DNA of 64,000 nt from Nymphaea colorata (Eukaryota): the NCBI RefSeq assembly GCF_008831285.2, contig NC_045138.2:13702001-13766000 (forward strand), given 5' to 3'. How positions within the stretch are numbered: position 1 is the stretch's first letter; every line of letters begins with the position of its first letter. This document shows positions 22,501 to 36,276 of this stretch, in pieces. Both the position numbers and the translations under genes were made by a program. The notes beneath the pieces were generated by a model. It worked only from the letters and a program-made list of their open reading frames with translations, did no database searches and was not told where the DNA came from.

Positions 22501-25500
22501 ATGGTTTTTACCAAATTAATTATTTCAAAAAAAAGTTAATAAAATGTAAAAAAAAAACATCTTGTAAATAACCACTCTTCTCTTAGCTGATGAAATAAGA
22601 TATTTTTGCTAGTTTAGATAAAAAAAATGATAATAATGATTTCTATCAGAGGGCAACACTCCCAGAAAATGTCCCAGCTTAAAAGCTAAGTACCTACTTG
22701 TTGGCTTGTATAATTTGTCAAGTGATGATTCGTCATTTGCCTAAACACTAAGCTGTTTCTTTGTAATTTTTCAATTATTTTAAGATGAAGAGTGGCGATT
22801 CCGAGACATGTTGATGAGGGAGGTGCATGTGTGGCCGTCATTATGATCAAGCAACATGTAACTCCTACAAACGCAAAGCCAAGCCGCATCTATCGAGAGC
22901 ATCTTTTGCTTCTCATTCCTTCCTTGGCACCAGCTTCTCTTGTCTAAATGCTCAATCATGACCACGAACATCAATCGAGTCTCACACCAGACTCGCTCTT
23001 GTTAAAATAGAAAAGAAAATACACGCAAAGAGAGGAAGCCAAGATGATACGGATCTCATCAACCCCCCTTCTTTTTGCGGCAAAGATCTTACCATTTCCC
23101 AAGGACCCAGATTCAAATCTATTTGGTTAAAATAGGTTCAGAATGAAATGTGAATCTAATGAATTTCCTATATATGCGATGCGATCGGACCCTGATGACA
23201 TGCAGAAATCTAGATTCAGTTTTCCATTCTACGCACCGAAAATTCACATCAAAACCTAGTAGCCTAAGCAATGCCATATTAGATCAGATGGATACAGCAA
23301 TGGTTTCATAGGATTCGAACTGCTTACATCCCTTGGGAACACAAACTAAAATACAGCTCCTTAAATGACCACATCCAATATAATCTGTATTGGTATGTAA
23401 TCATGTGTTGACATTCTGAGCATACTGACCAGAGATCAAAGAGTTGTGTGCGAGAAGGGACACATATTGGAGTGTGAAGAAAGAAGAGAATAATGTTTGA
23501 AGAAGGATGAGTTGGGAAAAACTTTACGTGTAGATAATAAAGCATTCGGAAAAGGCATAAGAAGAAAGCAAACTGCAGCACAAATTAATCTTTTTTGCTT
23601 TTTTTGTTTTGGCACTTATAATAAGAGTGGAAGACGAATAATAGGCACTTAGAAGTGGAATGTTCTTCTCAAACCATGTAACCTAATGCAAGTTCGCTTT
23701 AGCACTTGTACAAGTAACCTTTCCTTAAAGCTCAGACAACATGAAAATACAGTCGTTTTCCACTCAGTTCTTCGAAGCTTTAAAAAAAATACAATTCCAT
23801 GAGGTACATGGTTTCAAGTTTAAGTATGCTGACCACGTATGATTTGCTTCCATTAATGAGAGAAGGGAACGGTGGACTTTAATTTCACGCTATTTATTTT
23901 CGGTCTCATGAAAGAAGTGGGCTCATGTTCAACAGTACGTTAATCCACATATATCCAAGTCGTGAATATTCTTGCACAATCTAAGCCGTTGAAGTATTCA
24001 TTTTAAGGAAAATAAAAGTTGAATAAATTTGGATTTTATTATTTTTGGATCTGTCTTTTACCTGTCATTCAAAAAGGACCACTACTTTCTATCATTCTCT
24101 TAAATGTCAAATTAAAAAAAAAAAACATTAGATAATAAGACTATCAGAATGCATGTGATTTCGTCATAGACAGTAATACTAAGGAAAATACTGATAACGT
24201 TTTATGTTTCTCCAATTAATGGAACTTCATATCAGAACTTTGTTTGGCAGTTTTTCTGAAACATATATAGCTCTTAATAAAGAACTAATCACAAACTAAA
24301 GTGTGTCTTTGTCAAATTAGAGGGAAATGCATTAGTATTCTTTTAGTCAAAACCGCGTGAAAACAAGTAAGGTTGCATGTTACGACACTTGCAAGTTAAG
24401 ACAGAAAAAAACTAAGATTCCAATCCGTTCAAACCTATTTAAAACGGTGAAAGTCTGTTTGGGCGTGAAACAGAGACGGCTGGTGTAAGCAGCTAGATTC
24501 GCTCTTATCTCTGTCAGGCAGTGAGAGACTAATATGAAAATTGAAAAGAAAATTGTATTCATTAGCGTACGTTAAGCTATTGTGCAGTCTCACCCTGGTT
24601 GGATTTAGGGTTTATAGAAAACTAAGTAGGCTCGTTTAAGATCTGACCTGTTTATACATTATCTACCAGATTTATATCATAGCCGAAACCCGAATGAACT
24701 TATGTAAGGTAACAAATTTTTAGAACCTAGTCCGAAAAGTACAGGTTCTAATAAAGGTCGGTCAGGAACTTGCTCGGTCACAACACTGATAAAACTAAAT
24801 CAGGTTTTAGTAGCTTCTCTAATCATGTATGATTTTTCTACAGATTTTTTATTAAAGGTTCAAATTTGGCAGCCTGTAAACTTTCTAAGTCTTTTCTTAA
24901 GGTGCGTTTTCATTTTCCTACATTTTTGACTTTAGGATAGATTCCCATGGTCAATTTGTCGATAGACAAGTGGGTCTTGATTAATTAGCTTGAAAGAAAA
25001 GAAGTGCCAGCAATCTGATTAGCTTTTCCTTTATTAATTATAGAGGGTTGGCAAACGAGTCGAGTACGAGCTTTGCTGGGACAGCTCGTCTCGGGCATGT
25101 GCCAAGCAATATATATGAGTTGAGTCGAGTCTAGTCAAGCTGACTGAGCTAGAGCTCAACTCGGCTCATCATGTGCAGCCCTATTTGCAATGTCTCTCAT
25201 AAAATAAATTAGTTATAGTTAATCTGGGATCAGAGGTTCGTTCTGCATAAACAGCAGCATCCTAAAATGTAAAACAACTCACAAGAAGAAATACAAATGT
25301 TCCTCAGGCTTTACAGTTAAGTTATTCCATTAAGCATCCCGCTAGGGCTAGCTAGCTAGATTCTGTGTTTGTCCTAGATAGTAGGAAAATTAGTTTTTCC
25401 ACTATTTGAGCAGTGCAGAACGGTGAAGTGACAGTGAGTCCCTTTGAACCCCCCACTTGAGCAAGAGGAGGAAGGCTAGCCCAGTCCTACTCGATCACGC

Positions 25501-25973
25501 TTCGTCGAACCTTCACTTGGGCAAACAGAAACAAACCAGAAGGAGATTTTGAACACACGACCAGCAGCCTACTAGCCAGGCCAGCTCCATCCTTATCTGT
25601 GCTTACCTCTTACGGTTATGATGTTATATTTTTATATTACGCCACTCACAAAGTCAAAACTGTTAGAAAATAGTAACAATAATGATAATAATAATAGTAA
25701 TAGTCGTAATGGTTATGATCCTCCACGGCTTTGACCACCTGACACAACGCAAAATCTATGGAAAGTCAGATAGCCCAGCCAGACATGCCGTGTTTTAATG
25801 ATGTGCAATCCCATGTGAGCAGGGTGCTTCAATTCTACACTTGGAGTACTATAAAGTAAACAGACCCACAAGCTTCAACCATGCAACACACCGCATCCCC
25901 AACCCATTCGCTTGAAAGGGACCAAAGCATCTAACCACAGATATCCTCTCTTCCTGTTCGATTTTCAAGAAAC

Positions 25974-26792
25974 ATGGCTTCCACTAAGCCGTGGTCTGCT
26001 CCTTTGATCTTCCTTCTCCCGCTCCTCTGCTTAGAGTTGGCCGCTGCAACTGTAGTCATAAAGCCAGACAAGAACGTCACTTTGCCCAAAATTGTGAAGT
26101 GCACGGTTAAGCAGTACAAACTTTGCTACTCCATCCCTTTAAGCTGCCCCATTGCCTGCCCCAAAACTTGCAAAGTGGATTGCACAATCTGCAAGGCTGT
26201 TTGCGGTAACTATCCTTACTGCCCTAATTTTCTTCATAAAAAAATCCATTACTTTGGCTGGCGCCCCAAGTGAGACCAGACCCATCATCGTTCACAAAAT
26301 CTGGTCTCATGCTCTTTATTTTTCCCCATATGGTCGTCTGCACTTCTATACAGTTCCTGAGTAGCCGACGCTCTGTTTTACACCTTACCCATGCACCTGA
26401 CGACTTGACCCTTACTTTTGTGGTTTTCAATGGGTTGAAAAAGATTAGATAAGCCCAACCTAAACGAGGAACGTCTGACATGCACTTTACTCGACCATTA
26501 GTTGATGTGTTCCTAATATTAATTCCCTTTATCTGATCTGCAGATTGCGATAGGCCTGGTGCAGTGTGCGAGGATCCGCGTTTCGTGGGTGGGGATGGAA
26601 TCACCTTCTACTTCCACGGCAAGAAGGACAAGGACTTCTGCTTGGTCACTGACACCAACCTCCACATCAATGGCCACTTCATTGGCAGGAGAGGCGATGG
26701 CATGAAACGCGACTTCACTTGGGTTCAATCGATTGGAGTCCTCTTCGGCACTCACAAACTCTTCGTTGGTGCCAAGAAGGTATACACCATTC

Positions 26793-26823
<31 letters not shown>

Positions 26824-27474
26824 CTTCAAGTGATCATGGAGGTTCATGAGTTCAATGGATAGTACTTGAAGGCATTTCCGAACTTGATGAAGCCATGTTA
26901 TGTCATCCTGATAAGTTAGTGACAACTATAGGTCGCTCGATGGGACGACGCGGTTGATCAACTGGTCATTGGTTTCGACGGCGAGCCCCTCTCACTTCCT
27001 ACCACAGAGAACGCCGAGTGGACGGCCGCCGACTCTTCCCTCACCATCACTCGCTCCGGCTCAACCACCAATGAAGTAGTGCTGGAGGCACCCAACAACT
27101 TCAGGATCGCGGCCAAGGTGGTTTACATCACCAAGCAGGACTCTAAGGTCCATCGCTACGGCATCCCCGACGACAATTGCTTCGCTCACCTGGACTTGGC
27201 CTTCAGGTTCTACTCTCTCACTGGCAGCGTCAACGGCGTGCTGGGCCAGACCTATGCGGATAACTACAAGAGCCGAGCCAAGATTGGCCTGAAGATGCCC
27301 GTCTTGGGCGGCGATCGCGAGTTTTCCTCGTCCGGACTTTTCACCACCGACTGCGCTGTGGCAAGGTTCAAGGGAGTCGAGCCCAGCAGTGTGGAGGGTG
27401 CGATACTGGAGAATGATGGGGATTTGAAGTGCAAGACTGGCTTCGATGGCCGCGGCATGATCTGCAAGAAGTGA
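25974..27474 (+). CDS. Root cap domain / LEA-related secreted protein, copy B (336 aa)
   Basis: Exons 25974-26205, 26544-26779, 26932-27474 total 1011 nt in frame. Signal peptide, Cys-rich N-terminal domain, CEDPRFVGGDGITFYFHGKKDKDFCLV, HINGHFIG, RDFTWVQSIG, CFAHLDL, VNGVLGQTY, C-terminal GRGMICKK. TATAAAG at 25850. Confidence 0.93.
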
Positions 27475-30400
27475 AAAGATTATCACCTTCAAATAGCTGG
27501 TTGTTGAGCAGTCCTTTCAATAATGTGTTTCTCGATCGTGTTTTGGTTTACCCATGTCATGTGGAAATAAACAGGAAAGGGATAATAAGGCGCCGAGGGA
27601 ACACCTCTGCCGTTTCTTTCCTGCTTGAATGTGTGTTGGATTTCTTTGTTTTTCCTTCGACTGTTTTTTCGTTGTCAAAAGATTTGGCTGCTGCTTCTGT
27701 GCTTAGTGATTGATCTACACTTGGGTTTTCAATGAAACAAAGGACTGTTCGACTTATATGCTGACTTTCAACCTATAGAGTTTGATGACTGTAGCAATTG
27801 TACGCCAAACTAGATCTTAAGGCACGTGAATGGGAATGGAAATTTCCATTTACTCTTTCAAACAATATTCAATCCATGGTATCCTTTGTGGAGGTACAAT
27901 GCTATATGAATAACGACAATAAGAAGTATTCTTACAAAAATAGGTTAACATTTCCCTGTTTTTTGTTGTCTGCCGACCAAATTATACTGGTGGAAGCCGG
28001 AAGGTTTTCTTCATATATGTTGTAGAGAAGGGAGTTTCTAAGAAATGATTTCTGTCTCGATGTTTCTCTTTCCATGTACTGAAGTTCCCTCACCTTTTTC
28101 TTCCAGATTTTCCAATGCTTCTCCCTCATATGCAACTCTTAAATAAGACTATCTAAAACTCTGTCATGCAACAATAACTGACCTAGACCTGTCCAAAAAC
28201 TTATTGAAAGGCAACACCAGATGCTTCTAGCTGGAATTTAATTTAGGTACATGAATCAATTCACCAACAAAGAAACCTCAAACTGAAAGTGACAACTAGA
28301 GAACTTTGAATGACATAGTTACCTAAATTGCTTTTTAAGACATTGATATATGGAAAGAGCTGTGTTGATTGATCTAGTTTTCTCATGTGCACAAGATAAA
28401 TGTCAATCACCAAACATTGTGCTCCTTAATAACAACTCCTTAACTTAAGGCGATACGATTAATTGATTTGATAGTTGAAAAAAGAAAAAGAAAAACTAGT
28501 TTCGAGTCTGCTACAACAATGAATCGCAAGAAAACAACTGATTTAGCGTCTGCCAAATTAATCTGACAGACTTAAAAAGGCTATGTTTTAGTGCTCTCAT
28601 CTTCTGAACTGCTTGACCGGCTCAGAGTCTTTGTAATTGACCCAATGCTACCGGCTGCTCTGATCATGCCTCTACCATGTGACAAATTAGGTCAACGGAA
28701 CACTTAACTCGCTTCTTGTGTTACAGATTTTATTTGGTCTCGAGACTGCATTCATAAATAAAAGAAAAAAGAGGTTGAAACTATTGTGTGTCAAATCTGA
28801 AAGGGTTATGTGTCTCTGTTTTTGCCAATTAGCAAGAAGTTAACAGAAATAGAAGGCCCGAGCCAATCATGGAAAAGGTATATATTTGTCCAAAAAGAGA
28901 AAGGAAAAAAAAAACGGCAAATTATGGAATAAACAAGCTTACAGGAAATCGATGCTTTAAAATCTGGTGTTTGAAATTCGTGCAAGAGATCACGCCAAAT
29001 ACGTCCTCGCAAACTCGTCCGCTCAACCAGTAACCAGTGATACCAATCACTGATTCACTGACCTTGCGTGAACGTCACTAAATTCAAACGCTCACTGTTG
29101 ATATTTAATATCTCCCACAGGTATTCCACTTTGTCGTTACGTTTTGCATCCCAAGGAGCAAGGGAGGACATACATGAAGGGAAGAGACCTGGTCCTTAGA
29201 GCGTGCCGAAACTAGTTGTGGGTTTGTGGTGGGCAGTTGCCCACACAGACCCATATAACTTATTTTATTTCCACACTAGTGCTTAAACATAATTTACTTT
29301 ATTACACGTTGGTGCCCCTAAATTTAATTACACTTTCTTATATTAGTGCACCTTGGTCACAATTTTTTTTTTTTGTCCCTGTCTTTAGAGCTTGCCCCTA
29401 CCATCTCTTTCTTTCAGAAAGGAACTGAAGACAAGGACCTAAAGGTGCAGCTCTCCGAGTAAAGCTGGTAGAAAGTATGTAACAAGTTCCAAAAAGTTTC
29501 CTCACAAAACCTTGACATGGTGATGTTACAGAAAAAGAATTGCTTACTTAGTTTACAAACCAACAGAAATTATATTTTGACCAAAATTTTACCATGCTTG
29601 TGGTTCTTTGATCAATTAATTGGTATGATATGTATCCAAAGAAATTAACTTAATTTATTCCGGTGACGGAATCCACAACCCAGTAGGCAATTATATTTCG
29701 TAACACAATCCATGCACGTGCCTCTTTGGGAATTCCAACTTGAGACTGAACTTTCTTTTGCTCAATCCATTGAACTTTGAATTGTTTATTTCTTGACAAT
29801 TTTTTTTCCTTTAATGCCTATTATTCAAAGTTCAAGTTGTCATTCGGTTAATTGATTTGAGATTGTTGCGTTGAAGAGCTATTGTTAATTGCTAGGAGCT
29901 ACATCTCAGGGTGTTGTCGCTTTTGGTGAGGTGTAGGAGAGTTAATTGTTCTATAACAACAATTTTAGGAAGTCGTACTTAAAGTTACATGAAAAGGGTA
30001 AAATCTATTATAAATTTATATACAGTGGATATAGGTTTACTAAATCTGGAAGAAAAAAAAATTATATTAATGGGAAAATATGATACTTGGAGAGAGAGAG
30101 AGAAACAGAGAGGCAGAATCCCCCTTACTTGCGTTAGATCCACCTGAGAATTAATGAGAAACACAGCGTTTGGGGAGAAATAGACAGAGAGAGAATTCGT
30201 CTTTTGAAAACTCAAATATGGTTTGGATATACAAAAAAAAAAAAAAGGAACCTCCTTGTGTCTGCCAGGGTGCCATTTGAACGATGAAACAATGTATGGA
30301 GGATGCAATGCAAGAGACGGACAACACTAAAAGGGGTAATCATTCCCATTCATTAAAAACCTATCTTTTCAGTACTGGTTATTTTTTATTTATTGCAATG

Positions 30401-30476
30401 CATTCGCCAGACAGTAACACTGTTTCGAATCCAAGAATGCCACATTTTCGAATCCAAGAAGAGTAATAGATGTGAC

Positions 30477-30547
30477 GATTCACAAAGTATGTACTGGTAA
30501 TATGGCAAATGAAGATTCACAAAGTATGTACTAGTAATATGGCAAAT
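30477..30547. repeat. Short direct tandem duplication
   Basis: GATTCACAAAGTATGTACT(G/A)GTAATATGGCAAAT occurs twice in tandem. Confidence 0.8.
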
Positions 30548-31019
30548 TTGACATTAATCCCTTCGGGGAATCATGAGTTATGGAATATTGATTTATTGGC
30601 TCGCGCCTTACCTGCCTTCCTTGGTCGTCTATCCCGGTTTGGACAAACCATGCATGCACTTAATCCATGAAGACGGCGCCAGCTATCTGCTCTCAGATTT
30701 CATACGTAATTGTTTTATATAATCTTCAAATTCATTAGATTGGAAGACAAGCTATAAGTCGAACAGCCCTCTGTTCCTGTGAAACCCAAAGTGGGGAGAG
30801 TCCACAGAAGCTGCACTCTGATCTTTTTGACAACAAACCAACGGTTGGAAAAGAAAAATTAAAGAAGACGAAGGAAACACACAGACAATCAGGAAAGGCG
30901 CCATAGGAGTTTCCCCGGCGGCATTCTCCCCCCTTCCTGTTTATTTCGACATGCAAGAACCAAAGCAAACACGTTATCCAAAGGACTGCTTTACTTTAGC
31001 TATCGGATGGTGATTTTCT

Positions 31020-32463
31020 TCACTTCTTGCAGATCATGCCACGGCCATTGAAGCCAGTCTTGCACTTCAAATCCCCATCATCGCTCACTACCGCACCCTC
31101 CACGCTGCTCGGCACGACTCCCCTGAACCTCGCCACGGCGCAGTCGGTGGTGAAGAGTCCCGACGACGCGAACTCGCGATCGCCGCCCAAGACAGGCATC
31201 TTCAGGCCAATCTTGGCTCGGCTCTCGTAGTTATCCGCGTAGGTCTGGCCCAGCACGCCGCTCACGCTGCCAGTGAGAGCGTAGAACCTGAAGCCCAAAT
31301 CGAGGTGAGCGAAGCAGTCGTCGTCTCTGATGCCGTAGCGATGGACCATGGAGTCCTGCTTGGTGATGGGAACCACCTTGGCCGCGATCTTGAAGTTGTT
31401 GGGTGCCTGCAACACCACTTCATTGGTGGTTGAGCCGGAGCGAGTGATGGTGAGGGAAGAGTCGGCGGCCGTCCATTCGGCGTTCTCTGTGATGGCAAGA
31501 GAGACGGGCTCGCCGTCGAATGCAATGGCCAGTTGATCAACCGCATCGTCCCATTGAGCGACCTGTAATTATCAGTATCAGATACAAACCTGAACCTCCT
31601 TGATCACTTGAAGTGGGGAGAGAGATCAGAGAGAGGTAGAAAGGAAGGAGAATGGTGTATACCTTCTTGGCGCCAAGGAAGAGTTTGTGAGTGCCGAAGA
31701 GGACGCCAATGGATTGAACCCAAGTGAAGTCGCGCTTCATGCCATCGCCTCTCCTGCCGATGAAGTGGCCGTTGATGTGGAGGTTGGTATCGGTGACCAA
31801 GCAGAAGTCCTTGTCCTTCTTGCCGTGGAAGTAGAAGGTGATGCCATCACCACCCACGAATTGGGGATCATTGCAGATGGCTCCAGGCTTATTACAATCT
31901 GCAGATCAGGTGAAGCGAATCATTGGGCCAATGTTTCTGAAATAATAATACATGTTCCTGTTCTGTTGTTCGACAACGGGCTAATAATATTCTGATCTCT
32001 TGCATCCCATCGAAAAGTGAAAACCTCAAACGCCGGAAAAACAAATCCTCTCGTTTTAACTTTTAGAACTGCGTAGAGCTGATGAGTGTAAGAGGAAAAT
32101 AAAAATCATGTGACCATTGTTTCCTGAAATTTGCTGTCGAAGTGTGGCATCGGAGTAGTTAATTAATTTTCCAAAAAAAAAAAGGAAGGAAACGGGAACG
32201 GACAGTTACTTACGGCAAACAGGCTTGCATATTTCACAATCTACTTTGCAAGATCTGGGGCAGGCAGTGGGGCAGGTGAAAGGGATCCAGTAGCAAGTCG
32301 GGAACTTCTTATTCCTGCACCTCACAGTCTTGGGCACCTTCCCTTCTGGGTCTTCAACTTTCGGCTCCACATCATCTGCGTTTGCAGCTGCGAACTCTAA
32401 GCTGACAGAGCAAAGGAGCAGGAGAAGGATGAGTGGCGCAGCCCAGGTCTTAGTCGAGGCCAT
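31020..32463 (-). CDS. Root cap domain / LEA-related secreted protein, copy C (342 aa)
   Basis: Exons 32463-32214, 31898-31663, 31562-31020 total 1029 nt in frame; exons 2 and 3 have the same lengths as in copy B (236, 543 nt); TATAAAT on the minus strand at 32531-32537. Confidence 0.93.
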
Positions 32464-33520
32464 GTTTCCTGAAATAAGCAATGAGTTGGTTGGGGATGCG
32501 GTGTGATGAAGTCCCAAAGCTTGTGGGTCTATTTATAGTGATTGAGGTGTAGAATCGAAGCACCCAACCCATGGGTTTGCACCTCAATGAAACGACATAC
32601 CTGTCTCCGGGAGATACTAAAAAAATAGAGAGAAAAAAAAAACAAGTGCCTAGATTCTGTTGTTGATCAATGAAGTTTTATTAGTCCAGAACATGCCAAA
32701 ACCGTGGGCGATCTATAACTATTCTTCTTATCATTATCATTGCATGTTTTTTTTAAAGCATGCAATCTGAGGAGACACTCAGAAAAAAAGAAAATCTACC
32801 ATTACTGAGGAGGGAAAACGTCAGCAAAAAAGTTAAAACCGTCAATTATACATATACTGACTTCCTTCTGTTGTTATATCTAACCGTGCACCTTCTCTTC
32901 ACAGGTCTTGTTTCAAAGATGAGTGTTAAAAGTCACTCACTCAGTCTTCGGATGGAAGGAAGCAACCATGATTGTGTCTTTGACGGTACGCGGTTCGACT
33001 CCCTTGAGCGTTGGCCTTTGCTTAATGCTAAGGCGACTATAAGACCTTGAAATGGGGTCCTAGTCTTGGGGTTTTACACCGCCAGCTATTCCAGTGCTGT
33101 TTTCTGAAGTTGCTAAACTTAAATATCCGATTTTGTCGCAAAAAGATTTTGAAACAATGAAATGTTAGAAGCCGCCCCATTCAATATATATTGAATCAGT
33201 TTTAAAACCGGCAGGAGTGATCCAACTAAGACTATTACGTGTAGAGTTTGACCATTTAGGTCACATCAATATGTTCGTGATATTTTATTTTCTAAAAAAT
33301 TAAAAAATAATTTTTAGTTCATCATCACTCCATATCATAATTTGGTTCGTAGTTGAAAGTGACTTTAAAAACCAGATTCATGTTGAATTTGGATTGAGAA
33401 TTTAAGAGTTAGATTCGGACATGGTATAGAGTCTATAGACTTCCCTTGGTTTCCATTTGAATATGAAACCGAATATGAATATATGAACATCTGATCATCA
33501 TGATCAAATCAAATATGATA

Positions 33521-33712
33521 AAAGGCATAGTTGATGAATCCAATCCATTGACATCTCAATGTAGAGCTAAGTAAGGACCATTCAAAAGGCATAGTTGATG
33601 AATCCAATCCATTGATATCTCAATGTAGAGCTAAGTAAGGACCATTCAAAAGGCATAGTTGATGAATCCAATCCATTGATACCTCAATGTAGAGCTAAGT
33701 AAGGACCATTCA
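33521..33712. repeat. 64-bp tandem repeat, 3 copies
   Basis: Unit AAAGGCATAGTTGATGAATCCAATCCATTGA(C/T)A(T/C)CTCAATGTAGAGCTAAGTAAGGACCATTCA starts at 33521, 33585 and 33649. Confidence 0.92.
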
Positions 33713-35987
33713 CGAGTTTTCTAGATTTTAGGTCGCGGCTGTGCTCCAATTCTCTCCCACATTAATTGTCGTAGTTTTTTGCGAGACGAAGAAAACGTAC
33801 ATTATTTCATCAAAATGACTTCAATTAAATTTAGCACATTCGTTAATTGCTTTACGACGCAACCAGCAACACAAATCAGATAATTCTTTTAAATGATCAA
33901 TCTATCTCGGCGTTACTGTGACCAGTTCAACACAATTTTCATTAGCTTTGAAGACATAAGGTTCCAGTGATCTTCCTCGGGAAGTGGGAGTGGTGATGAC
34001 AGGACTTTTCAGTTAAGTCAACTACATATAATAAAACACCGACGGTATGCCAAGTAAAGCTAATCAGATCAGATTGCTGGCACTTCATTTTTCTTTTTGT
34101 TTTCCGCTAGATCGAGAATATTATCAGCATGGAAATCCGTCACAAAGTTAACAAGTAGGAAAATGAACACGCGCCTTGAGAAAAATTCACCACAACTTTA
34201 GACTGCCATTTTTTAATCTGTTACAATGTGACCCATTCCTGCAATCTTCCCTTTTCTTCCTCTGTTTTCAATGGTGTTCTGCTTCTATAGAGATGTGAAC
34301 TTTTGTTGCTTTGAGGAATAGAAAACATTATCAGCAGTTTCTTTTTTAAAGATATTACCTTCTGTCACTTTCACCGTCATAGACTCTTCTTTCAGTGTTT
34401 TTATGTTTCTCTTTACTTCAGATTGTTATTTGACATTTTTCATGAAAGGTACGGTCTTCTTTTTTTAACCAAATAAAAAAAATGAAAAGAAGAAGTCATT
34501 TTTTCTTTTTCGAAACATGGCCCATAGACCCCAAAAAAAAATCAGGAAAGAAATAGCATGCAATCTTTGTTTTTCCTTAAGGAGGATATTTCAACGGCTT
34601 AGATTGTCCATGAATCGTATCTTGGATACCGATTACTATGTTAAACATAAGACGCGTGGACTTCTTTCACGAGACGGCCAATAAATAGAGTGAATCTCTA
34701 GTAAATATTCGAACAAGGGGACGGAATTGTGACCAGCATACTTAAAACTTCAAACTATATACGTACCTTCCGAAATTGTATTTTTCTTTAAGCTTCAATG
34801 AACTTAATTAATGGAAGATGATATTTTCGGGTTCTCTAAGCTTTAAGGAAAGGTTACCTGTACCAAAGTTAAAGCGAACTTGCACTAAATAACATGATTT
34901 CAGAAGTTCTTATTTAAATACACTTATTAGGCATCTTTAACTAAAAGCTCTAAGCAAACCCCCCACCCCCTCCACCCAACCAAATTTTTATTTTTATTTT
35001 TATTTTTTTTGAAAGAAACAATCTGTGCTGCTTTTGCTTTCTACTTGTGCTTCTTCTAAGTGCTTTATTATTTACAAGTAAAGTTTCTTCCACCCCCTTC
35101 TCCTTCATCTTCTGCTTTCTTCACACCTCATGCGTCCCTTCGCCCACACGGCTCTCTCTGATTAATATGTTTGACTCCAACACGTGATTGGATACCAATA
35201 TAAGATAAGGGATACATATTGGATCGTTTAAGGGATCATGTTTTGTTTTCTGTAAGGGATCCAAGTGCATGCGATTGATATTGCCTACCCGGACGTTATT
35301 TGGTTTTCCAATTTGGATATATGACGGTACGCACAAGTTTGTGTCTCCAAGAGTTAGATGTCTTCGACATCCACCTGAAAAGCTTTTAGAAATGTAGCAT
35401 CTGCATTTCAGAATTTCGTCAACCATTCTGTATATACTCGTTCTAACCATTTATTAAATTATGACGCCTTGACAAAAAAAAAATCCCTCTAATTTTGATG
35501 TATTTACAAAAAAAAAACATACTTAATTTGGAACATTATAAGTAAGATTTAACGACGCAAAATCGCACTGCTTACAGTTTTTGACTAATAGCAACGGCCA
35601 GCCTTTTGGCAAGAGAATCGGAACTTTCACTATCTCAACTGCTATGCTAGTGGAGAGGATGAGTTATTATTGACTTTTTAAGTAACGCAGGGACTGCTTG
35701 ATAAAAGTCTTTTCTTGTACTCAGAATGAAAAACTTGAAATTAATCTATCTCTTACGTGTTCTATGGTGGCTTGAATTTCTCCATCGAGAGGAAGCAGTT
35801 GCAATATTTCTCCTACGTCGGAATGAATCATCTCGCGGCCGGACTTGTCTTTTCAGTCAAACTACACTTTTCAGTCAAAACTACACAATCCGGTGCTTAA
35901 CTTCCATGTTAATTTGCTTTTTAAACCGGCTTCCATTTCCACGTTTAGATCATCCTATAATACCCAACCTAACTTACAGGAACAATT

Positions 35988-36276
35988 TAAGGGTGGGCAT
36001 CGGCCCGGCCCTGCCCGATAGTCCGAGTCTCGGCTAGGCTCGGCCCATTTAAAATTAAAAAATAATTTTTTAATTATAAAATAAATTTTTAAATATAAAA
36101 TATATTTATTAATAATAAATATATATTATTAAAACAACAAAAATTTAAAGAAAAATATTTTTTTAATTTAAACGGGCTGGACCGAGCTGACCCGGGCCGG
36201 CTTATCGGGCCCGGGCTTGATTTTTCCCAGTCCAAGCCTGGGCCCAATCGCTGGTCCAGCAGGACGCCCAGCCTTT
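35988..36276. mobile_element. hAT-type MITE
   Basis: Left end TAAGGGTGGGCATCGG, right end GACGCCCAGCCTTT, shared AT-rich core; TSD not evident. Confidence 0.78.

Noticed and set aside
25043..25183. GAGCTCG-rich MITE-like remnant (similar vague remnants near 24600, 29200, 37880, 38735, 47200, 57130)
   Set aside because: Ends and TSDs too eroded to give defensible boundaries.
28100..28760. Faint copia RT-like words on the minus strand
   Set aside because: Too degenerate to call by eye; would need tBLASTn or an HMM search.
33521..33712. Regular repeats (also 58251-58478 and 58928-59300) as a CRISPR array
   Set aside because: Head-to-tail tandem units without unique spacers, no cas genes, plant nuclear context.
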